Shown one piece after another: positions 57,264-63,756 of a stretch of DNA of 64,000 bases (its first letter is position 1; the number at the start of each line of letters is the position of its first letter). The DNA comes from Bacteroidia bacterium (GTDB lineage: Bacteria; Bacteroidota; Bacteroidia; Bacteroidales; GCA-2748055). The stretch spans positions 13,453-77,452 of the forward strand of contig DAOWDN010000013.1 of NCBI GenBank assembly GCA_030639005.1, given 5' to 3'. A program made the translations under genes and the position numbers. Below the pieces are notes generated by a model, which worked only from the letters and a program-made list of their open reading frames with translations, did not search any database and had not been told where the DNA came from.

Positions 57264-58670
57264 ATGGTGACCGGGTTGCTGCTGCTTATGGGAGTGGTTT
57301 CCATGGGTTGGTGGCTGGCAAAGGACCCGGTGAGTGAATTTGTGACCACCCAGCCCGGACTGGATAACCGCGGAGAGGGCGGGGTGGTGGCCGATATCGA
57401 TATCGGGGCCTATTTTGAGTCGCTCGGCACCCTCGATTCGGATCTGCAGGAGACATGGCCCAGGTTTCGGGGAGAGCAGTTCGACAACATCAGCCGCTCA
57501 CAAGTCAGGTTGATTGAGAAGTTTCCTGACGGGGGACCGGTAGTGAAGTGGGAAGTTTCCCTGGGGGAGGGCCACGCAGGTGCAGCCATCTACAAGGGAG
57601 CAGTCTACGTAATGGATTACGATGAGGAGCAGCGGGCTGACCTGCTGCGGGCCTATGTCCTGGAAACCGGGGAGGAGCTCTGGGTGCGGGGGTACAAGAT
57701 CAACCTGAAAAGGAACCATGGCATGTCACGTACCGTCCCGGCCGTTACAGAGGAGCATATCCTTACCATTGGTCCACGCAGCCATGTGATGTGTGTGCGT
57801 CGTGTGGACGGGGAGTTTCTCTGGGGACTGAATGTTGAGAAAGATTATGAGGCTGAAATTCCACTCTGGTATACGGGACAATGTCCCCTTATCCACCAAG
57901 GCAAAGCAGTGATAGCCACCGGAGGCACCTCCCTGCTGGTTGCCCTCGATATGGAAAGTGGTGAGATACTCTGGGAGACCCCCAATGAGAAGGGGTGGCA
58001 GATGTCGCACTCCTCGGTGATGCCATACGAATTCGGGGGAAAGCTTATGTATGTGTACAGTGCCTACGGAGGGGTATTCGGTGTGGAAGCTGAAGGTCCC
58101 GATGCCGGCAAGATCCTCTGGGAAACAACTGCCTGGAACCACCAGGTGGTGGCTCCCTCACCGGTATGCATGCCCGACGGAAAGGTATTTCTTACTGCCG
58201 GTTATGGCGCGGGTGCCATGGTATTACAGCTCTCTCCTGCCGGGGAGGGATTCAGTGTGGAGGTGCTTAGCGAGTACACACCCAAAGAGGGACTTGCCTG
58301 CGAACAGCAGACCCCGGTGGAATTCAACGGGCACCTGCTGGGGATCCTCCCCAAGGATGCCGGTCCGCTCAGGAACCAGTTGATCTGTGTGCATCCCGAC
58401 AACTTTAGCAAGGTGATCTGGTCGAGCGGCCAGGACAAACGGTTTGGACTGGGGCCCTACATGATCGCTGACAACAAACTCTTTATATTGAGTGACGATG
58501 CCACACTGACCATAGTCAGGCCCAGCACAAGCCAGTACCTGGAGCTGGACAGTTACAGGGTACTGGAGGGGTACGATGCCTGGGGTCCGCTGGCCATTGC
58601 CGACGGGTACCTGGTGATGCGTGATTCGAAAACCATGGTGTGTCTCGATATGGCCGCATCACGGCAGTGA
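57264..58670 (+). CDS. Membrane-anchored PQQ-like beta-propeller repeat protein, paralogue 4
   Basis: N-terminal TM helix (MVTGLLLLMGVVSMGWWLA), then WPRFRGEQFDN and propeller blade motifs. The ORF is open from GTG 57243, but ATG 57264 is preferred. Confidence 0.8.
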   Translation: MVTGLLLLMGVVSMGWWLAKDPVSEFVTTQPGLDNRGEGGVVADIDIGAYFESLGTLDSDLQETWPRFRGEQFDNISRSQVRLIEKFPDGGPVVKWEVSLGEGHAGAAIYKGAVYVMDYDEEQRADLLRAYVLETGEELWVRGYKINLKRNHGMSRTVPAVTEEHILTIGPRSHVMCVRRVDGEFLWGLNVEKDYEAEIPLWYTGQCPLIHQGKAVIATGGTSLLVALDMESGEILWETPNEKGWQMSHSSVMPYEFGGKLMYVYSAYGGVFGVEAEGPDAGKILWETTAWNHQVVAPSPVCMPDGKVFLTAGYGAGAMVLQLSPAGEGFSVEVLSEYTPKEGLACEQQTPVEFNGHLLGILPKDAGPLRNQLICVHPDNFSKVIWSSGQDKRFGLGPYMIADNKLFILSDDATLTIVRPSTSQYLELDSYRVLEGYDAWGPLAIADGYLVMRDSKTMVCLDMAASRQ

Positions 58671-58690
58671 ACAATGAAAAAGAGAACAGG

Positions 58691-59677
58691 ATGAAAAAGA
58701 GAGGTTTGACAATCGTAATTCTGGTGATCCTGACTGTGATAATCGGGGTGATTGTGGTTGATTTTCTGAACAACCGGCCCGATCGCAGGGGAGAGAATCC
58801 CTATGCCCTGGAGGTGGACCAGTACAAAGTGGTAGACCCGGAGCTGATTTCCCATAAGGAGACCCGGAACTTTGATCTGGGACTGCTGATCGCCTCCGAC
58901 ATGAGCCTGTATGACCGGGCCCTTTATGTTTCAGGAAACTCATCGCTGGTGGTGATCCCCCTGGATGGCAGACCGGCTACCATGCATGAGATTCTGCCAC
59001 GGGCTACCTGCCTTGAGGTGGACCAGGGGAATATCTTTGTAGGTTTCTCCACCTATGTGGCAAAGTACAGCCATGAGGGAGAGCTGTTGCAGGAGTGGCC
59101 CCACCTGGGCGAAAGCACAGTGATCACCAATCTGGCCATCAAGGAGGATAAAGTATTTGTAGCCGATGCCGGCAACCGGCGCATAGTGATCTTCAACCGC
59201 GAAGGTGAGCAGGAGGGAGAATTTGAGGGGAAGGCCGAATCTGAAGCAGGACATGGATTTATTATTCCCAGTGCCAATTTCGACCTGGCGGTGAACAGCT
59301 TTGGGGAATTGTGGGTGGTGAACACGGGTAAACATGCCCTGGAGAATTACAGCGATGACGGACGGATGCGGGGTTACTGGGATAAGGCTTCCTTTGATAT
59401 TGATGGATTCATGGGATGTTGCAATCCTGCACGCATAACGGTTATGGAGGATGGCTCCTTTGTGACCAGTGAGAAGGGAATTGTCAGGATAAAAATTTAT
59501 GATCAGTCTGGAGAACTGATCAGTGTGGTGGCACCACCTGCTCTCTTTAAGAAAGAGAGGAGTGCCAATGAAGAGGGAAAAGCACCGGAGGTTTGCGTAG
59601 ATGAGAACGGAGTGGTTTACGCACTAGATTTTGACAGAGATGTGATCAGAGTTTTTGAACCGATTGAATCAGAATAG
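58691..59677 (+). CDS. Membrane-anchored NHL-repeat beta-propeller protein
   Basis: N-terminal TM helix (LTIVILVILTVIIGVIVV) and NHL-type blades (VFVADAGNRRIVIFNREGE, ELWVVNTGKHALENYSDDG, VVYALDFDRDVIRVFE). Start at ATG 58691. Confidence 0.8.
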   Translation: MKKRGLTIVILVILTVIIGVIVVDFLNNRPDRRGENPYALEVDQYKVVDPELISHKETRNFDLGLLIASDMSLYDRALYVSGNSSLVVIPLDGRPATMHEILPRATCLEVDQGNIFVGFSTYVAKYSHEGELLQEWPHLGESTVITNLAIKEDKVFVADAGNRRIVIFNREGEQEGEFEGKAESEAGHGFIIPSANFDLAVNSFGELWVVNTGKHALENYSDDGRMRGYWDKASFDIDGFMGCCNPARITVMEDGSFVTSEKGIVRIKIYDQSGELISVVAPPALFKKERSANEEGKAPEVCVDENGVVYALDFDRDVIRVFEPIESE

Positions 59678-59687
59678 TCAGAAAAGC

Positions 59688-59900
59688 ATGGACAGAAGAG
59701 ACTTTGTACAAAAAATTGGCAGGGGAAGCTTGCTGGCGGCAATGGCTGCTGTGGCAGGGATCCTACTGGCCCGCAGACAGGTGGTTCCCGACCAGGAGTG
59801 CAACGATAGAAAGCAATGCAGAGAGTGCCCGAGCTTGTCGCAATGCCAGTTGCCAGAAGCCATAACTACTCGCGATCATGGAGAAGAAGGACAAGGATAA
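59688..59900 (+). CDS. Small (70 aa) twin-arginine-signal protein with a C-x5-C-x2-C-x5-C motif
   Basis: MDRRDFVQKIGRGSLLAAMAAVAGILLA is a Tat-type RRxFxxK n-region plus h-region. The mature part QVVPDQECNDRKQCRECPSLSQCQLPEAITTRDHGEEGQG has four Cys. It starts 10 nt after the NHL gene and overlaps the ferredoxin gene by 23 nt. Confidence 0.6.
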   Translation: MDRRDFVQKIGRGSLLAAMAAVAGILLARRQVVPDQECNDRKQCRECPSLSQCQLPEAITTRDHGEEGQG

Positions 59901-60468
59901 GGATAAGGGATACAACAGGCGATCGTTTATCAACAACGGGGTGAGGCTTGCCCTGGGTGTATCGGTGGTGGGCACTGCTGCGTTTACCCTGCAGCGTTCC
60001 GCTTCCGGGAAAGACTATGTATGGCAGATCGATCCCTTTAAATGTACCCAGTGCGGACGGTGTGCCACCGAATGTGTGAAGGCCGAATCGGCGGTGAAGT
60101 GTGTCCACGCTTACGCTCTGTGTGGGTACTGCGATTTGTGTGGTGGCTATTTCAAGCCGGGTGCCAAGTTGCAGACCGGTGCTGAAAACCAGCTCTGTCC
60201 CACCGCAGCCATCCAGCGGAAGTTTATCGAGGAGCCCTATTTTGAATACATTATCGACGAAGAGCTTTGCATTGGTTGTGCCAAATGTGTGAAGGGGTGT
60301 TCCGCCTTCGGGAACGGATCGCTCCACTTACAAATCAGACACGATCTCTGTCTCAACTGCAATCAGTGCTCCATAGCCACCAACTGTCCGTCTGATGCCA
60401 TCAGCCGGGTGCCGGCCAGTGAACCATACATCATTAAAGGTAATTTCACCACCGAGGAGGAGAGTTAA
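59878..60468 (+). CDS. Twin-arginine-signal poly-[4Fe-4S] ferredoxin (NapG/MauM-like)
   Basis: Tat motif NRRSFINNGVRLALGVSVVGTAAF. Cys motifs are CTQCGRCATEC, C-x7-CGYCDLCGG, CIGCAKCVKGC and CLNCNQCSIATNCP. Confidence 0.8.
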   Translation: MEKKDKDKDKGYNRRSFINNGVRLALGVSVVGTAAFTLQRSASGKDYVWQIDPFKCTQCGRCATECVKAESAVKCVHAYALCGYCDLCGGYFKPGAKLQTGAENQLCPTAAIQRKFIEEPYFEYIIDEELCIGCAKCVKGCSAFGNGSLHLQIRHDLCLNCNQCSIATNCPSDAISRVPASEPYIIKGNFTTEEES

Positions 60469-60469
60469 T

Positions 60470-61831
60470 ATGCTGAAAAAAATCCCCAACCTTGCTCTCA
60501 TACTTATTCTTTTTGCACTGTTGACAGGCAGTTTCCTCCAGGCCCAGCAACGCTTTCCAAAACCTGAGTTCGATACGGGATATGTGCAGCCCGATCCCAC
60601 CACCCCTGAACCGAGGGCTATGGCGCTGGAATATTTCGATGTGTTGGTGCTGCTGGCAGTACTGTCTCTGGCCTCGTGGCTGGCAGTGAAGAAGCGGTCG
60701 AGGCGCGGTTTGCTCTGGTTGTCCGTGTTTTCGCTGATCTATTTCGGATTTTACCGCGACGGATGTATTTGTTCCATTGGGGCAATACAGAATGTGGCAC
60801 TCTCAATCTTCGATCCGGGGTATGCCATCTCCATCACTGCACTGCTCTTTTTTATTCTGCCCCTCCTCTTTGCCCTTTTCTTCGGGCGCACCTTCTGCGC
60901 GGCAGCCTGTCCGCTTGGAGCCATACAGGATCTTGTGGTGATCAATCCCGTTTCAATCCCCAGCTGGATCAGGAAAACCCTCGGGTTTATCCCGGTGATC
61001 TATCTGGCTCTGTCGGTTTTGTTTGCAGCTACCGGAAGCGATTTTATCATCTGCAGGTACGATCCCTTTGTGGGGATTTTCCGTATGGACGGTCCTTTCT
61101 TAATGATTTTCCTGGGGATCACTTTCCTGCTGCTGGGGATGTTCTATGCCCGGCCCTACTGCAGGGTGTTTTGTCCCTACGGGGTGCTGCTGAGCTGGAT
61201 GTCAAAGTTCTCAAAATGGCACCTCTCCATCACTCCTTCGGAGTGCATCAAATGCAAACTGTGTAAAGATTCCTGTCCTTTCGATGCCATCGAAGTACCG
61301 GTAGAACAAGCTTACAGGACACCGGAAGTTTCCAGAAAGAACCTGAAAAGATTTATTCTCTATATAGGGCTGATCCCGGTGCTGATCCTGCTGGGTGGAT
61401 GGATCGGTTCAAAATCTCATATTTTCCTGAGCCGCGTTCACCCCGATGTCTACCTGGCCGAACTGATGATCAGTCAACCCGAACTGAAAGAGGATGAGGA
61501 GAACCTGGATATCCAGGCCTTTCTGGAATCGGGCGATACTTTTGAGCAGCTGGTTGACCAGGCTGCAGTGATCCGGGAGAAGTTCAGGAAAGGTAGCTTG
61601 GTCATGGGAGGGTTTATAGGACTGGCCCTGGGTATTACACTGATGAACCAGGTGGTGTTCCGGCGCCGGGAGGATTACGAACCCCACAAGGGGGATTGTT
61701 TCTCCTGTGGCCGTTGCATGGATTACTGCCCCATAGACAGTCAAAAGTCAAAAGGCGAAAGTCAAAAGCTAAATGTCGAAAGTCTAAAGCTAAAAGTCGA
61801 AAATCAAAAGTCTGTAAAGTCAAAAGGATGA
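60470..61831 (+). CDS. Integral-membrane polyferredoxin (NapH/MauN-like, two CX3CP motifs plus two 4Fe-4S motifs)
   Basis: N-terminal signal or TM helix and multiple TM helices. CX3CP motifs are FCAAACPLG and YCRVFCPYG. CxxCxxCxxxCP motifs are CIKCKLCKDSCP and CFSCGRCMDYCP, and they are separated by two extra predicted helices. Start at ATG 60470, 1 nt after the ferredoxin stop. Confidence 0.8.
   Translation: MLKKIPNLALILILFALLTGSFLQAQQRFPKPEFDTGYVQPDPTTPEPRAMALEYFDVLVLLAVLSLASWLAVKKRSRRGLLWLSVFSLIYFGFYRDGCICSIGAIQNVALSIFDPGYAISITALLFFILPLLFALFFGRTFCAAACPLGAIQDLVVINPVSIPSWIRKTLGFIPVIYLALSVLFAATGSDFIICRYDPFVGIFRMDGPFLMIFLGITFLLLGMFYARPYCRVFCPYGVLLSWMSKFSKWHLSITPSECIKCKLCKDSCPFDAIEVPVEQAYRTPEVSRKNLKRFILYIGLIPVLILLGGWIGSKSHIFLSRVHPDVYLAELMISQPELKEDEENLDIQAFLESGDTFEQLVDQAAVIREKFRKGSLVMGGFIGLALGITLMNQVVFRRREDYEPHKGDCFSCGRCMDYCPIDSQKSKGESQKLNVESLKLKVENQKSVKSKG
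61739..61826. repeat. Tandem 21-23-nt AAAGTC/AAAGCT repeats (about 3 full units plus partials) forming the 3' end of the polyferredoxin gene
   Basis: Units are GAAAGTCAAAAGCTAAATGTC (61757), GAAAGTCTAAAGCTAAAAGTC (61778) and GAAAATCAAAAGTCTGTAAAGTC (61799). They encode ESQKLNV/ESLKLKV/ENQKSVKS. Two 13-mers are shared with 54656-54682. Confidence 0.8.
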
Positions 61832-63681
61832 AAAATAATTTGGATCAGGAACAAAGAATATCGCTGGCCCACAGGGTGGCGCTGATTTCCGGGATCTTCT
61901 GCGGGGTGGTGGCCCTGCTGCTGATATTGAACTTCTGGCACATGAAGCAGCATGAACCGCTGGAGAGCAAAACCATCGAAGTGCTGGTGGAAAGGCTGTC
62001 CAGTGAACCCGGTAATGAGGAGCTTAAGGAGGAGATCCGCAGCTTCGACCTGCTGGCACGCAAAGCCTACTTCACCAGCCGGTGGCAGGTAAAAACAGGT
62101 ACCTGGCTCTTGTTGTTCGGCGGCATTGTAATGGCTGCTTCACTGAAGGTATATACCGATTTACGGGCCAGGATCGAAGCGCCCGAAAAAGTAACAGAAG
62201 AGCTGCTTCGTGCCAGGGCTAATTCCCAGTACTGGCTGATGGTGGCCGGGGGACTCATCCTGGGTTTCTCGCTGGTGGCAGGATACCTGAGTAACGACTA
62301 CCTGAAGGAGTATCAGGCCATGGGTGTTGTGGAAGAGACAGAACAGCCGCAGGATGGGATTGAGGTAATCAAAGTTTTCCCCGCCCAAGAGTCAGCCGAT
62401 ACCTTGGGAAGTGATTCCGCCATTGAACAGGAGGGTGCATCCGGAGCTGAGGCAATCGAAGGTGCCGGAGATGAGACAGAAACTGCCACACAACCGGTTG
62501 CAGTTCAAACAACATCCCGGTTTAATCGTGATGATTTCAAAACGAACCAGGCCACGTTCAGGGGATACATGGGGCAGGGGGTTTCCTATCACAAAAATAT
62601 CCCGGAAAAGTGGAACGGCTCCACCGGAGAAAATATCAAATGGAAGGTGGCCTTCTCCAAACCCGGGTACAACACCCCGGTGATCTGGGACGATAAACTC
62701 TTTATCTCAGGAGGTGATGCTGCCTCAAGGGTCGTGGCATGCTATAACCGGAACAACGGTCAACTACTGTGGGAGAAGGAGGTGACAGGCATTCCCGGAT
62801 CACCTGCAGCGATGCCGAGGGTGACCGACGATACGGGACTGGCTGCCCCCACCATGGCGGTGGACGGCAATCGGGTCTATGCCATTTTTGCCACTGGCGA
62901 TGTAGTTGCATTCGACCTGCAGGGCAACAAAATCTGGGGCCGCAACCTGGGGGTTCCAAATAACCATTACGGACACTCCTCTTCGCTACAGGTATGGGAG
63001 AACAAACTGGTGGTGCAGTATGATACCAATACCAGGGGCAGGATGCTGGCCCTAAATACTGCCAACGGTGAGACTCTCTGGGATGTGGAACGTCCGGTTC
63101 ATATCTCCTGGGCCTCCCCGGCGCTGATCGAAGTGAACGGGAAGATCCAGGTGATCACCACTGCTGATCCTTATGTGTCGGGGCATGATCTGGAAACAGG
63201 GGCTGAAATCTGGAAGGTGGAGGCGATGATGGGCGAAGTGGGACCCTCCGTGGCCTATGAGGACGGACTGGTGTATGCCACCAACGAGTATGCCCGCCTG
63301 GTTGCCGTGGAGCCCAAGCCGGGAGCCGAGTTTACCTGGGAGGACGATGAGTACCTGTCCGAAGCGGCCAGTCCGGTGGCTTACAACGGATTGCTTTATC
63401 TGGCCACCAGTTATGGAGTGCTTGTCTGTTACGATGCCCTTACCGGGGAGAAGCAGTGGGAGAAAGAGTATAATGAAGGATTCTATTCTTCCCCGATGAT
63501 CGCCGATGGAAAACTGTATATCATCGACCTGGATGGTGTGACCCACATTATCAAGGCCGATCGTTCAGGCACCGTGGTTGCAGATCCCGAACTGGGCGAA
63601 GGTGGTTTTGCACTCCCGGTATTTGCAGACGGAGTGATCTACCTCAGGGGCATGGAGCATTTGTATTGTGTTGGGGAATAA
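61828..63681 (+). CDS. PQQ-like beta-propeller repeat protein fused to a 3-TM N-terminal domain and an acidic linker, paralogue 5
   Basis: ATG 61828 overlaps the upstream stop (ATGA). Three hydrophobic helices are followed by an acidic low-complexity linker (EETEQPQDG...EGAGDETETATQP). Then come FRGYMGQG and propeller blades (LFISGGD, VYAIFATGDVVAFDLQGNKIW, LYLATSYGVLVCYDALTGEKQW). Confidence 0.8.
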   Translation: MKNNLDQEQRISLAHRVALISGIFCGVVALLLILNFWHMKQHEPLESKTIEVLVERLSSEPGNEELKEEIRSFDLLARKAYFTSRWQVKTGTWLLLFGGIVMAASLKVYTDLRARIEAPEKVTEELLRARANSQYWLMVAGGLILGFSLVAGYLSNDYLKEYQAMGVVEETEQPQDGIEVIKVFPAQESADTLGSDSAIEQEGASGAEAIEGAGDETETATQPVAVQTTSRFNRDDFKTNQATFRGYMGQGVSYHKNIPEKWNGSTGENIKWKVAFSKPGYNTPVIWDDKLFISGGDAASRVVACYNRNNGQLLWEKEVTGIPGSPAAMPRVTDDTGLAAPTMAVDGNRVYAIFATGDVVAFDLQGNKIWGRNLGVPNNHYGHSSSLQVWENKLVVQYDTNTRGRMLALNTANGETLWDVERPVHISWASPALIEVNGKIQVITTADPYVSGHDLETGAEIWKVEAMMGEVGPSVAYEDGLVYATNEYARLVAVEPKPGAEFTWEDDEYLSEAASPVAYNGLLYLATSYGVLVCYDALTGEKQWEKEYNEGFYSSPMIADGKLYIIDLDGVTHIIKADRSGTVVADPELGEGGFALPVFADGVIYLRGMEHLYCVGE

Positions 63682-63704
63682 AATTTGCAAGGCAAATTTT
63701 ATTC
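63676..63704 (+). terminator. 13-bp perfect hairpin spanning the stop codon of paralogue 5 (possible intrinsic terminator)
   Basis: GAATAAAATTTGC-aag-GCAAATTTTATTC. The stem is AT-rich and its distal arm ends in TTTTATTC. A second short hairpin, GCTTGC-tgc-GCAAGC, lies at about 63714-63728. Confidence 0.4.
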
Positions 63705-63756
63705 GCTTAGAAGCTTGCTGCGCAAGCGTGAGTAAGTTAGGAGTTAATAGAATAAG

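Noticed and set aside
53459-63681. Calling the five propellers genuine PQQ-dependent dehydrogenases, or BamB outer-membrane-assembly lipoproteins.
   Set aside because: They are about 380 mature residues with no lipobox. Two are anchored by inner-membrane-type helices, and five copies sit in an Fe-S operon. I could not identify the PQQ or Ca-binding residues or the characteristic early vicinal disulfide by eye. Only the fold family is asserted.
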